64,000 nucleotides of DNA from Lachnospiraceae bacterium (GCA_017436865.1 JAFSCH010000053.1:842-64841), one strand, 5' to 3'. Counted from the first letter of the stretch, positions 38,515 to 49,362 are shown. Made by a program: numbers and translations. The notes: generated by a model not told the origin, from the letters alone.

Positions 38515-39480
38515 CTATTTCAAAATGAAATTTATTATTTTCCCTGGAACATAAATTACTTTATACTCTTTTCCATCTAGAATCTGCGAAATCTCATGTT
38601 TTGCTCTTTCTTCTATCTCTTCGCTTCGCATATTTGCCGAGATTGCAAGAATCTTCTTCGTTTTCGCATTTACCTGAATCGGAATCTCTATTTCATCCGC
38701 TTCTTCTTTGTATTCTTTCCACGCATTATTATATATAGAAGATATACTTCCCTGTATACGCTGCCATAAATGTTCTGCCAATACTGGTGCAAATGGAGCT
38801 ACCAATAAAAGGAGATTTCTCATTACTTCTTCTATTTCTAGGTTTTTTGTCTGCTCCTGAACGGTTATCTTGATTTCCTCTTGTTTTTGTGCATGCGGAA
38901 CCGCCATGGCTATCTCATGAGAATGCATTTTCGTTACGAATTCTCCGATTCGCATCTCCTTTTGTAGCTCATTGATGCCTTCCATTATAGCGGATATTGC
39001 ATTATGTCGGTTAGGCATAGTATTTCCCTTCGCAAAATGTTGCATCACTTCCTTTTGAAGCAGACATACTCTCTTTTTCATGCGAGTTACATCAAGACAT
39101 TGAAACCTACCCAAGCCATTCATATAATCTGCGACTAATACCATCCGGCGAAATCTTCCAAGAAACTTGTAACAGCCTTCTAAATTACACTCTTCCCACG
39201 TATCAAGCCATGTATCATCTGGTTTCGGCGTTTTTTCAAACATCAAATAAAGCCTTAGGCAGTCTGCTCCATAATCAAGAAGCAAATCCTCTTGAACAAC
39301 CTCCTTATATACTTGTTCAAGCCAGTTCATTAGACTGATTGCTGCTTCTCTCTCCGTAGCATTTTCCCATTCATGAAACAAGTCTGAAAAATTTTTTTCT
39401 TCTATTTGGTTTTCTTCCCAAAACTTTCGAGTTGTATACTCTATTTCTCTATGATTCATCGGAGACAACATAATTATCAT
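38515..39480 (-). CDS. truncated LeuRS paralogue (anticodon-binding and C-terminal domains only)
   Basis: YGADCLRLYLMF, GCYKFLGR, NAISAIM, LVAPFAPVLAEHLW, IPIQVNAK, IYVPGKIINFI; no HIGH, CP1 or KMSKS. Confidence 0.8.
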   Translation of the reverse strand: MIIMLSPMNHREIEYTTRKFWEENQIEEKNFSDLFHEWENATEREAAISLMNWLEQVYKEVVQEDLLLDYGADCLRLYLMFEKTPKPDDTWLDTWEECNLEGCYKFLGRFRRMVLVADYMNGLGRFQCLDVTRMKKRVCLLQKEVMQHFAKGNTMPNRHNAISAIMEGINELQKEMRIGEFVTKMHSHEIAMAVPHAQKQEEIKITVQEQTKNLEIEEVMRNLLLLVAPFAPVLAEHLWQRIQGSISSIYNNAWKEYKEEADEIEIPIQVNAKTKKILAISANMRSEEIEERAKHEISQILDGKEYKVIYVPGKIINFILK

Positions 39481-39675
39481 TCCTTTCGCCTACAAATGCT
39501 GATATTCCTTCGATTAGATGTAATTATTCCGTACCTTCATAATTACGCGCAAAAATCATCTCATATTTGCCTCGCAAATGGATTTTTGACTCAGACAAAA
39601 TAATATCATATCTATACAGAAAGAGGCAACAAAACTGTTGCCCCTTTTCTATGAAAAGTATTTATCGTTACGCTA

Positions 39676-42090
39676 TTACTTCACTACGATATTTAAGATT
39701 CTACCCTTAACGTAGATTTCCTTCACGACTGTCTTACCAGCCATTAAATCTGCAATCGAAGGAATTGCATGAGCTTTCTCCTTTACAGAAGCCTCATCTT
39801 CATCTAATGCAACGGAAACGGTCGCCTTAACCTTACCATTAATCTGAACAGCGATTTCTACTGTAGATTCTACTGTCTTAGCTTCGTCATACTCTGGCCA
39901 CTTCTGCTGATATGCCCTACCATTACCAAACAGGTTCTCCCACAATTCTTCTGTCATATGTGGAGCAACCGGATTTAATAAGAGAATTAAGGTTGCATAT
40001 TCTGCCTTTGTAACGCTCTTTTCCTTGTAGAACTCATTTACAAGTGCCATCATTGCAGCGATTGCTGTGTTGAACTTGAGGTTCTCAAAATCATTGGTAA
40101 CCTTCTTAATAGTCTGATGCATCTTTGTCTCAAGATTTGCTCTGTAGCCTTCGCCATCAACCAACATATCCTGTAACTTCCATACACGATCAAGGAACTT
40201 TCTACAGCCCTTAACGCCTTCCATGCTCCATGCAGCACTTAATTCGAAAGCACCGATGAACATTTCATAGGTTCTTAAGGTATCTGCACCAAACTCGTTT
40301 ACAACATCATCCGGATTTACAACATTTCCTCTTGACTTAGACATCTTCTCGCCGTTTTCACCAAGAATCATACCATGAGAGGTTCTCTTGCTATATGGCT
40401 CTGGACAAGATACTAATCCCTGATCATAAAGGAACTTGTGCCAGAAACGAGAGTACAGTAAGTGGAGTGTTGTATGCTCCATACCACCGTTATACCAGTC
40501 AACCGGCATCCAATAGTCAATCGCTTCTTTGCTTGCAAATGCCTCGCTGTTGTCAGGATCAATATATCTTAAGAAATACCATGAAGAACCAGCCCACTGT
40601 GGCATGGTATCTGTTTCTCTTTCAGCAGGAGCTCCGCACTTAGGACATGGAACTTCAACCCAGTCACGCATAGCAGCAAGTGGTGATTCACCTGTATCTG
40701 TTGGCATATAGCTATCTACTTCTGGAAGTCTTAATGGAAGCTCACTCTCGTCAAGTGGAACATAACCACAGCATGGACACTTAACAACCGGGATTGGCTC
40801 ACCCCAATATCTCTGACGAGAGAATACCCAATCACGAAGCTTATAATTAACCTTCTTGTGTCCGATTTGCTTTTCCTCTAACCAGTTAATGATAGCTGTC
40901 TTTGCATCCTTAACTTCTAAACCATTTAAGAAATCAGAATTGCAAAGTGTACCTGTCTGAACATCTGTATATGCTGCATTCTGAACATCTCCACCTGCAA
41001 CAACTTCAATAATAGGAAGACCAAACTTCTTTGCAAAATCCCAGTCTCTCTCATCATGTGCAGGAACTGCCATAATAGCACCTGTACCGTAAGACATTAA
41101 TACATAATCAGAAACCCAAACCGGAATCTCTTTTCCGTTTACTGGATTGATTGCTGAAATTCCCTGTAAGCAAGCACCTGTTTTATCCTTTGCAAGCTCT
41201 GTTCTTTCGAAATCAGACTTCTTTGCAGCCTGCTCACGATACGCTGTAATTTCATCAAAATTGCTAATCTCTGCCTTATATTTGTCAATTAATGGATGCT
41301 CTGGAGAGATTACCATATAAGTAGCACCAAATAAAGTATCTGGTCTTGTTGTATATACAGTTAATGTCTCTTCCTTATCCTTTAACTGGAAGTTTACTTC
41401 TGCACCTTCAGAACGTCCAATCCAGTTCTGCTGAGAAACCTTTACTCTCTCGATATAATCTACTTCTTCAAGACCCTGAAGTAACTTTTCAGCATAATCT
41501 GTAATCTTTAACATCCACTGAGACTGCATCTTACGAACAACCTCTGCACCACAACGCTCACAAACACCGCCAACAACTTCTTCGTTTGCCAGACCAACCT
41601 TACAAGATGTACACCAGTTAATAGGCATCTCGCTCTTATAAGCAAGACCTTTCTTGAATAACTGTAAGAAAATCCACTGTGTCCACTTGTAGTATCTCTC
41701 ATCTGTTGTGTTAATCTCTCTATCCCAGTCAAAGGAATAGCCAAGAGACTTTAACTGCTCCTTGAAACGACCTACATTGTTCTTGGTAACAATCTTTGGA
41801 TGAATCTTATTCTTAATTGCAAAATTCTCTGTTGGAAGACCAAATGCATCCCAACCCATAGGGAACAATACGTTATATCCCTGCATTCTCTTCTTTCTTG
41901 ATACAATATCCAATGCCGTGTATGGTCTTGGATGACCTACGTGAAGTCCCTGTCCTGATGGATATGGGAACTCTACTAATGCATAATACTTTGGCTTGGA
42001 TTTGTCTAATTCCACCTTAAATGCCTGCTCTTTGTCCCAGACATCCTGCCATTTTTTCTCGATTTCACTTGGCGAATACTCTCTGCTCAT
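39676..42090 (-). CDS. leuS: leucine--tRNA ligase
   Basis: [40 protein letters not shown]; Leu T-box upstream. Confidence 0.98.
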   Translation of the reverse strand: MSREYSPSEIEKKWQDVWDKEQAFKVELDKSKPKYYALVEFPYPSGQGLHVGHPRPYTALDIVSRKKRMQGYNVLFPMGWDAFGLPTENFAIKNKIHPKIVTKNNVGRFKEQLKSLGYSFDWDREINTTDERYYKWTQWIFLQLFKKGLAYKSEMPINWCTSCKVGLANEEVVGGVCERCGAEVVRKMQSQWMLKITDYAEKLLQGLEEVDYIERVKVSQQNWIGRSEGAEVNFQLKDKEETLTVYTTRPDTLFGATYMVISPEHPLIDKYKAEISNFDEITAYREQAAKKSDFERTELAKDKTGACLQGISAINPVNGKEIPVWVSDYVLMSYGTGAIMAVPAHDERDWDFAKKFGLPIIEVVAGGDVQNAAYTDVQTGTLCNSDFLNGLEVKDAKTAIINWLEEKQIGHKKVNYKLRDWVFSRQRYWGEPIPVVKCPCCGYVPLDESELPLRLPEVDSYMPTDTGESPLAAMRDWVEVPCPKCGAPAERETDTMPQWAGSSWYFLRYIDPDNSEAFASKEAIDYWMPVDWYNGGMEHTTLHLLYSRFWHKFLYDQGLVSCPEPYSKRTSHGMILGENGEKMSKSRGNVVNPDDVVNEFGADTLRTYEMFIGAFELSAAWSMEGVKGCRKFLDRVWKLQDMLVDGEGYRANLETKMHQTIKKVTNDFENLKFNTAIAAMMALVNEFYKEKSVTKAEYATLILLLNPVAPHMTEELWENLFGNGRAYQQKWPEYDEAKTVESTVEIAVQINGKVKATVSVALDEDEASVKEKAHAIPSIADLMAGKTVVKEIYVKGRILNIVVK

Positions 42091-42121
42091 TTTTTCATGC
42101 TCCTTTTCTTGTTTCTGCGAT

Positions 42122-42435
42122 AAAAAAAACTCTCCATCTCTATATTTTTATAGAGACGAAGAGGTATATAACCTTATCCGCGGTACCACTCTGTTTCAGA
42201 TATAACATCTGCACTCAACTTCTATAACGGGAATTCCCGCCTGTAACTACTTTGTCCTTTTCTATAGACTTGTTCACTACAGGAACTCAAAGGCGAGTTC
42301 AAGGCTTTTCTATGCTGTCTTGCACCAAACGGCAGCTCTCTGAAATAGAAAATTGGTAATTATTCAGTACCTTCATAATTACGAAATTTACTACATTGTA
42401 GCAATTAACCTCTACTACTCCTTATCCAGGTTGTT
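42122..42435 (-). ncRNA. T-box riboswitch, Leu specifier
   Basis: Minus strand AGAGA and GGTGCAA motifs, GAA-CTC specifier (42297-42295), AGAGTGGTACCGCGG (42192-42178), terminator plus T-run. Confidence 0.92.
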
Positions 42436-42507
42436 TACATATTATGAAATATAGAAATAAGTTTAGCATAGGAGGTTTTAAAATGCAACTCATTTTTACC
42501 AAATTCG

Positions 42508-42578
42508 GGCATTTCACCCTGTCAAAATGGCACATCACCCTTTGCTATCTTGTAATCCTTTTCCCGCAAACATATAAT
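42508..42578 (+). promoter_or_regulatory. LytTR-type direct repeats plus sigma-A promoter
   Basis: GGCATTTCACCCT (42508) and GGCACATCACCCT (42529), 21-bp period; TTGTAA-17-TATAAT at 42550-42578. Confidence 0.7.
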
Positions 42579-42645
42579 ACCAATATAACAAACGTGCACG
42601 AATTGTTAAAAGACAATATTTATATTTCACCGAGGAGAGATTTAC

Positions 42646-43083
42646 ATGAAACTATCCATTCATCAGGATGATCATTTTACAGAAACAGAAGTTATCATCA
42701 ACTGCGCCTATGTTGATAAACGGTTACAAAAGCTCACGGACTATATCAGACAATATTCCTTTTCACTAGAGTGTGAATCTAACGGGAATCAATACCAACT
42801 ACCGATTGAGGAGATTTACTATATCGAATCGGTAGATAGCAAAACCTTTCTATACGACCATGAGCAAACCTATTCCAGCAGACAGACTTTGACTGCTTTA
42901 GAAGAACAGCTGAAAAACATGACCTTTGTGCGAATCAGCAAGAGCTGTCTTTTGAATGTATCATATCTGAAATGCGTTGCGCCTTATGCGAATCATCGTT
43001 TGAAAGCCGAGCTCAAAAACGGTGAACAACTGATTATTTCACGTAACTATGTCGAAGCATTGAAAAACAAATTAAGAAAATAG
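42646..43083 (+). CDS. stand-alone LytTR DNA-binding regulator
   Basis: IYYIES, FVRISKSCLLN, LKNGEQLIISRNY; no receiver domain. Confidence 0.92.
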   Translation: MKLSIHQDDHFTETEVIINCAYVDKRLQKLTDYIRQYSFSLECESNGNQYQLPIEEIYYIESVDSKTFLYDHEQTYSSRQTLTALEEQLKNMTFVRISKSCLLNVSYLKCVAPYANHRLKAELKNGEQLIISRNYVEALKNKLRK

Positions 43084-43095
43084 GAGGACTTCCAT

Positions 43096-43494
43096 ATGAA
43101 ACGCATCTTAAAAACTTATATCCCATCTGCTTGCATTACCTTTACCTTAACTGCCCTTTTTACCTGTACCTCTAATCTGTTACAAGGATATACTGCTATG
43201 CATAATCTCTGGTTTTTGCAAATGTTTGCATTTATTACAATCATTGATTTACTGGATTTTGCTTTGGGATATGTAGACTTTCATTCTTATTCTGTGTATT
43301 TTGTTACGGAATTAGCACTAACCTATATTGCAATGCTACTCTTTGGCTATTTCTGTAACTGGTTTTCTTTTACTGTACAAAGTCTGCTTGTTATTAGCAT
43401 TATCTTCTTTATAGTATTCTCCTGTGTACATTCTTATTTCTATAAAATGTCACGAATACAGGCAGATGAAATTAATAGTCTACTCAATAAATAA
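43096..43494 (+). CDS. 4-TM membrane partner (DUF3021-like)
   Basis: Four hydrophobic segments, C-terminal ADEINSLL, directly after the LytTR gene. Confidence 0.75.
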   Translation: MKRILKTYIPSACITFTLTALFTCTSNLLQGYTAMHNLWFLQMFAFITIIDLLDFALGYVDFHSYSVYFVTELALTYIAMLLFGYFCNWFSFTVQSLLVISIIFFIVFSCVHSYFYKMSRIQADEINSLLNK

Positions 43495-43582
43495 TTCTTG
43501 TCTAATCCTCACTACGTTACAGCAATTTCCCAGATATTGAAATAGAGGTGGTCTCTCACGAAACCACCTCTTCTCAATCTCA

Positions 43583-45673
43583 TTATTCTTCGCTATTTTC
43601 AGCAACCTTAGCTGCTCTTGCTGCTACTTCTGCCTCCTGAATATCACTTGGAGCCTGCTCATATCTTGCAAACTCGTATTCATAATCACCACGTCCACCT
43701 GTCATAGAACGAAGTACGGTACAATATCCGCTGAGCTCCATCATAGGAATATCTGCTTCGATTACCTGCTTGCCATTTGCAATCGGATTCATACCAAGTA
43801 CACGACCACGGCGCTTATTTAAGTCACCCATTACATCTCCTGTGTACTTATCAGGTACAGTAACCTTGAGGCTCATGATTGGCTCTAAGAGAACAGGTCC
43901 TGCCTCCATAACGCCCTTCTTGAATGCCTGAATAGTTGCCATCTTGAATGCCATTTCCGAAGAATCTACAGGATGATAGGAGCCATCATACAATACTGCC
44001 TTGATTCCAACTACCGGATATGCTGCTAGAGGTCCCTTTAATACAGATTCCTGTAAGCCCTTTTCAACAGCTGGGAAGAAGTTCTTAGGAACTGCACCAC
44101 CAACTACTTCCTGTTCAAATACAAATGGAGTCTCATTGTCACCAGATGATTCAAAACGCATCTTTACGTGACCATACTGGCCATGTCCGCCTGACTGCTT
44201 CTTATATTTATATTCTACGTCAGATTTTTTCTTGATTGCCTCACGGAATGCAACCTTTGGCTTACTTAATTCAATTTGACATTTATATTCATTTACTAAT
44301 CTACTCTGGATAATTTCAAGTTGCTGTTCACCAATACCATATAATAAGGTCTGTCTGTTCTCATTATCATTTACCACCTTTAAGGTCTGATCTTCATGAG
44401 TCAGCTTCTGTAATGCCTGCGCTACCTTATCAATATCGTTCTTGTTCGGAACCTTGTAACGCATTGCAGTATATGGCTTAGAAATCTCAAACTTACCATA
44501 TTCAATGACATTTGCCTTTGTAGAAAGGGTATTACCTGTTCGTGCTGCTGTCAACTTCGCAATAGCGCCAATATCACCGGCATGAAGCTCGGAAACTTCA
44601 ATCGGCTTGCTACCCTGCAATACATACAGCTTGCTTACCTTTTCCTCTACATCCTTATCTTTATTATAAATCACATCATCTGATTTAAATACGCCAGAAC
44701 ATACCTTAATCAGTGAATATTTTCCGATAAATGGGTCAACAATCGTCTTAAATACATACGCAGACTTAACCTTTGAGAAGTCATAATTGGCTTCAAATAC
44801 TTCGTTTGTCTTCATATTGAAGCCTGCAATCTGCTTATTCTCTGGACTTGGTAAATACTTTACAATATCATCAATTAAAGTATAGGTACCCTGGCAAAGA
44901 GGATTAGAACCCATACTAATAGGAACGATAGAACCATCATTAATATTTGCTCTTAATGCAGCTCGAATCTCATTTTCTGTAAATGTCTCACCGCTGAAAT
45001 AGCGATCCATAAACTCTTCACTTGTCTCAGCAACCGCTTCCATTAAGGTATCTTTGTAGATAGAAAGATTTTCCATACTATAATCAGGAATCTCACAATC
45101 CACTACTTCCTTACCCTGCCAACGATTTGCAGTCTCACTGATTACATTCACGTAACCAACAAACTTTTCATTCTCACGAATCGGGAAATGAAATGGTGCA
45201 ATCTTTTTGCCATACATTTCTGTTAACTTCTCAACTACATTTTTGAAGGAAGCATTATCTGCATCCATTCCTGTTACATAAATCATTCTAGGTAATTTAT
45301 ACTTCTCGCAAAGTTCCCATGCACGCTCTGTTCCTGCTTCTACGCCGGACTTTCCTGATACAACGATAATCGCTGCATCTGCTGCGCTAATACCTTCTTC
45401 AACTTCACCAATAAAATCAAAATATCCTGGTGTATCAATAAGATTAATTTTTGTGCCTTCCCATTCAATTGGTATCACAGAAGTACTAATAGAAATGCCT
45501 CTCTTCTGTTCTTCCTTACCGAAATCACTGACAGTATTGCCGTCCTCCACTTTCCCCATACGTGAAGTAATACCTGCCAGATAAGCCATGGACTCAACAA
45601 GACTCGTTTTTCCTGAGCCACCGTGTCCGAGTAATACAACGTTTCTTATTTTATCAGTTGTGTAAATATTCAT
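43583..45673 (-). CDS. fusA2: elongation factor G-like protein (EF-G2)
   Basis: GHGGSGKT, DTPGYFDF, KQSGGHGQY, YHPVDSSEMAF; located outside the str operon. Confidence 0.92.
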   Translation of the reverse strand: MNIYTTDKIRNVVLLGHGGSGKTSLVESMAYLAGITSRMGKVEDGNTVSDFGKEEQKRGISISTSVIPIEWEGTKINLIDTPGYFDFIGEVEEGISAADAAIIVVSGKSGVEAGTERAWELCEKYKLPRMIYVTGMDADNASFKNVVEKLTEMYGKKIAPFHFPIRENEKFVGYVNVISETANRWQGKEVVDCEIPDYSMENLSIYKDTLMEAVAETSEEFMDRYFSGETFTENEIRAALRANINDGSIVPISMGSNPLCQGTYTLIDDIVKYLPSPENKQIAGFNMKTNEVFEANYDFSKVKSAYVFKTIVDPFIGKYSLIKVCSGVFKSDDVIYNKDKDVEEKVSKLYVLQGSKPIEVSELHAGDIGAIAKLTAARTGNTLSTKANVIEYGKFEISKPYTAMRYKVPNKNDIDKVAQALQKLTHEDQTLKVVNDNENRQTLLYGIGEQQLEIIQSRLVNEYKCQIELSKPKVAFREAIKKKSDVEYKYKKQSGGHGQYGHVKMRFESSGDNETPFVFEQEVVGGAVPKNFFPAVEKGLQESVLKGPLAAYPVVGIKAVLYDGSYHPVDSSEMAFKMATIQAFKKGVMEAGPVLLEPIMSLKVTVPDKYTGDVMGDLNKRRGRVLGMNPIANGKQVIEADIPMMELSGYCTVLRSMTGGRGDYEYEFARYEQAPSDIQEAEVAARAAKVAENSEE

Positions 45674-45909
45674 AGACTTATCCCCCTGTTATTTATGCTT
45701 TACATAAATTCTACTATATATTATCTGTATATTCAAGTTTGTTCATATAATTTGTCAGTCGCATTTTTTACAAAAATATATGCAATTCTTGTGCACTTTT
45801 GCTAATTTTGTCAAATCTTTTTATATATAATCAAGCATTATGCATATACTATAATAGGTAAATTACTCTTATGAAATGCCCTATTTACACAGAAAGGAGG
45901 GTTACAATA

Positions 45910-45972
45910 ATGTTTGCATGGATTTTGTTACTGATTCAATATCTCAAAGATGATATTGACTTTACAACTTAA
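45910..45972 (+). CDS. putative 20-aa peptide MFAWILLLIQYLKDDIDFTT
   Basis: Strong RBS AGAAAGGAGG at 45891-45900, 9 nt before ATG; below the ORF-track cutoff. Confidence 0.5.
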   Translation: MFAWILLLIQYLKDDIDFTT

Positions 45973-46053
45973 ACTTGATATTTGATATTGACTTTAACGC
46001 TTTAAAGTGCGATACTGTTGATTATAAGAATGATTATACAATAGGAGTAGCTT

Positions 46054-47154
46054 ATGGAATTTAAAACATTCGGTTTTATCGGTCTTGGACTTATCGGTGG
46101 CTCTATCGCAAAAGCGATTCGCAAGATATCTCCAGACTCTTATATTATAGCTTATGGTCCTCATCCTGAGAAATTTGCAGATGCAGTAAAAGATGGGGTT
46201 ATTAATGAAATCTCTACGGAAATCAACGAAACCTTTCACAAGTGCGATATGATTTTCCTATGCGCACCAGTTTCTACAAACAACGAAAATCTGGTGAGAT
46301 TAAAACCTTTTCTCTCTTCTCATACGATTTTGACCGATGTCGGAAGCGTAAAATCGCCGATTGATGCAAAAATAAAAGAGCTTGGTCTGGAGACGCAATT
46401 CATCGGTGGACATCCTATGGCGGGAAGTGAAAAGACAGGTTTTACTAACGCAAATCCATTAATTTTAGAAAACGCTTATTATATTCTAGCTCCTACTGCG
46501 GAGGTTTCAACAGAAGCTGTAGAGGCATACCAAGAACTGGTTAATAACATTGGCTCGATTCCATTGGTGCTCGACTGCAAGGAGCATGATTATGTGACTG
46601 CAGCAATCAGTCATGTACCACACTTAATCGCAGCTGCCCTTGTCAATCTGGTACATGACCACGACACACAGGAAGGTACTATGAAACAGGTCGCTGCCGG
46701 AGGTTTCAAAGACATCACAAGAATCGCATCTTCCTCTCCTTCAATGTGGGAAGCTATCTGTATGTCTAACACAGAAAATATTGCAAACCTTTTGGATTCC
46801 TATATCGATTCCTTAAAGGAAATCAGTGCCGCTGTCCGTGCCAAGCAGGAAGGTTATACTTTCAAGCTATTCGAAGAATCCAAGGAATACCGTGATTCCT
46901 TCGCTACGCAGGCAAGAGGCCCTATCAAAAAGGTGTATGGCTGCTATGTCGATATTCCTGATGAAACCGGTGCACTCGCCATGATTGCACTGATTCTTGC
47001 AAACAAAAAAATCTCTATAAAAAACATCGGTATCGTACATAACCGTGAATTTGAAGAAGGAGTTCTTCACGTGGAATTCTATGACCAGAAGTCATTGGAT
47101 GATGCCATTTCTCTACTTCGTACATTACAATATACCGTTTATGAGAGGAAATAG
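46054..47154 (+). CDS. tyrA: prephenate dehydrogenase with C-terminal ACT domain
   Basis: GLGLIGGS, TDVGSVK, GGHPMAGSE, HD..AAISHVPH, AAGGFKDITRIA. Confidence 0.95.
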   Translation: MEFKTFGFIGLGLIGGSIAKAIRKISPDSYIIAYGPHPEKFADAVKDGVINEISTEINETFHKCDMIFLCAPVSTNNENLVRLKPFLSSHTILTDVGSVKSPIDAKIKELGLETQFIGGHPMAGSEKTGFTNANPLILENAYYILAPTAEVSTEAVEAYQELVNNIGSIPLVLDCKEHDYVTAAISHVPHLIAAALVNLVHDHDTQEGTMKQVAAGGFKDITRIASSSPSMWEAICMSNTENIANLLDSYIDSLKEISAAVRAKQEGYTFKLFEESKEYRDSFATQARGPIKKVYGCYVDIPDETGALAMIALILANKKISIKNIGIVHNREFEEGVLHVEFYDQKSLDDAISLLRTLQYTVYERK

Positions 47155-47366
47155 GAAAAAGTGCGTAAAAAGCACTCGAGACAAAAACAGTCCCTTGCTA
47201 ATAATCGAGATAGATATCTTGGCGTTTGTTCAAGATACCTATCTCTTTTTTATTTCTAAAAGGTGCCTTCGAGGTATATCTAAGAGCCCCGAGTGCTTGT
47301 ATTCCGTGTTTCATAGTTATTGCAAGAAAAAAGGAGCTTGAATTATTTTCAAAGCTCCACTTTCTA

Positions 47367-48218
47367 CTAATCTTCTTTAATAAATAACACTCCTAAAGTT
47401 CCTGGTCCACAGTGGCTGGAGATAACTCCGCCTGCTCTGGTAACCAGTATCTCACCGAAAATATTCAATGTCTGCAAATAATTCTTTACTTCATTGATTA
47501 TATCTTCGCTACAACCGGAATGAGTAATAAATACTCTGTCCTTTTTTGCATTCTTCAGGTCTTCTTCTATATCCTTGACGTAGTCCATGACAACACGTTC
47601 CATTTTTCCACGATATTTCTTGTCCGGGCGCATCTTGCCATTTTCAACAACAATCTTCGGATGTAGTTTCAACACTCCTCCTGCCATTGCCGCAAGGCCT
47701 GTACATCTTCCTCCTCTATGAAGGTAAGTTAATGTATCTACCACAAAGCTTGACCGCACAAGCGGCTTCAAATGCTCTATTCTATCTGCAATCTCCTGAG
47801 CACTCTTTCCTTCCTTTGCCATGATAGCTGCCTCGATTACAAGAAGTCCAATACCTGTAGAAAGATTTGCAGAATCAATAACTTTAATCTTATCTTCTGC
47901 CTCTAATACTTGTGCTGCCATATTCATTACGTTTACTGTAGTAGACATACCTGCAGAAATCGAAAAACAAACGACTTCTCTACCTGCCTCTACATAAGGA
48001 CGCATCATTTCCGTTGTCTGCTCAATTCCTGCCGCCGAAGTCTTTGGTGTCTCCTTATTCTCATCTGACCATTTATAAATTTCATCCGGTGTTATATTCA
48101 CACCATCTTCATATTCATCTTCACCCAATACAATATGCAAAGGTACAATATCTATATCATATTTTTCAAGTAAATCCTTTGACAAATCGCAAGTACTATC
48201 TGAAATAATCTTTACCAT
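47367..48218 (-). CDS. DegV family fatty-acid-binding protein
   Basis: IISDSTCDL, PKTS, VIDSANLS, TLTYLHRGGR, HCGPGTLG. Confidence 0.95.
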   Translation of the reverse strand: MVKIISDSTCDLSKDLLEKYDIDIVPLHIVLGEDEYEDGVNITPDEIYKWSDENKETPKTSAAGIEQTTEMMRPYVEAGREVVCFSISAGMSTTVNVMNMAAQVLEAEDKIKVIDSANLSTGIGLLVIEAAIMAKEGKSAQEIADRIEHLKPLVRSSFVVDTLTYLHRGGRCTGLAAMAGGVLKLHPKIVVENGKMRPDKKYRGKMERVVMDYVKDIEEDLKNAKKDRVFITHSGCSEDIINEVKNYLQTLNIFGEILVTRAGGVISSHCGPGTLGVLFIKED

Positions 48219-48431
48219 AAGTCCTCATCTCCTCCTATTGAGTCAGTATTAAACCAATTTTACTACTTTCTGATATTCATGCAAGCGGTATTTTATTAAA
48301 TTTTGATTAAAGAAAATACTTCAATTACAAAATATTAATCTTATATGTTTTTCGAATATTTTCACTATCCGAGCATAGAATAGTTACAAAACTTGCCATC
48401 TGTAACGCAGATATAAAACGGAGATTACATT

Positions 48432-48908
48432 ATGTGGGCTAAATTAAAACCTTATGTCATTTCTATTGCTATCGCACTTGGTGTTGGCGGACTGTCTGCC
48501 TTTCTAACCAGAAACAATATGAATATCTATGAACGTATTATGCGCCCTGCGCTGGCTCCACCTGCCATTCTATTCCCTATTGTGTGGACATTATTGTACA
48601 CTCTTATGGGAATCAGCAGTGCACGAATCTGGCTCAAAAAAGAAGAAAAGCCAGAACTAGTGCTGGATGCGTTGTTTGCCTATGTCATACAACTTATCCT
48701 GAACTTTTTCTGGAGTCTTATCTTCTTCAATATGCAAAACTTTTTGTTTTCTCTTATCTGGCTTGTGTTGCTATGGATTGCCATACTCGTTATGATTATT
48801 CGGTTCTATCGAGTGGAACCCCTAGCTGCCTTATTACAGATTCCTTATCTGCTATGGGTAACCTTTGCGGGCTACTTAAACTTTATGATCTATCAGCTGA
48901 ATCGTTAA
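48432..48908 (+). CDS. tspO: TspO/MBR tryptophan-rich sensory protein
   Basis: PALAPP..FPIVWTLLY.LMG, QLILNFFWS.IFF, PYLLWVTFA.YLN. Confidence 0.93.
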   Translation: MWAKLKPYVISIAIALGVGGLSAFLTRNNMNIYERIMRPALAPPAILFPIVWTLLYTLMGISSARIWLKKEEKPELVLDALFAYVIQLILNFFWSLIFFNMQNFLFSLIWLVLLWIAILVMIIRFYRVEPLAALLQIPYLLWVTFAGYLNFMIYQLNR

Positions 48909-49362
48909 GGATATATTCGATTAACGCTCTGCATCCTGCATCAACATCCTCATAGGTTGCATCAAAATCGCCCGTATACCACGGATCCGCAACATCTCTT
49001 CCGGAGCCGGTAAATGTCAGCAGCTTATATATCTTTCCATCGGTATCGCCATCCGCAATTCTTGTCATATTGCGGATATTGGCGGTATCCATGCCAATGA
49101 GATAATCATAATATTCGTAATCCGCCTTTGTCATTTGCACTGCACGATGCGGAACTACAGGAATGCCAACCTCACGGAGCTTATTCACGGTTCCATAGTG
49201 TGGCGGGTTGCCTATCTCTTCACGACTTGTCGCTGCGGAAGCGATTTCAAAGAGGTGGGATAGGTGTTGTTGGTTGATGAGGTGAGTCATGACAGACTCG
49301 GCCATGGTGCTGCGGCAGATGTTGCCGTGGCAAACCATAAGCACTTTTATTTTTCTTTGCAT
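48883..49362 (-). CDS. low-molecular-weight protein-tyrosine phosphatase
   Basis: VCHGNICRS P-loop, DVADPWY. Confidence 0.95.
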   Translation of the reverse strand: MQRKIKVLMVCHGNICRSTMAESVMTHLINQQHLSHLFEIASAATSREEIGNPPHYGTVNKLREVGIPVVPHRAVQMTKADYEYYDYLIGMDTANIRNMTRIADGDTDGKIYKLLTFTGSGRDVADPWYTGDFDATYEDVDAGCRALIEYILNDSADRS

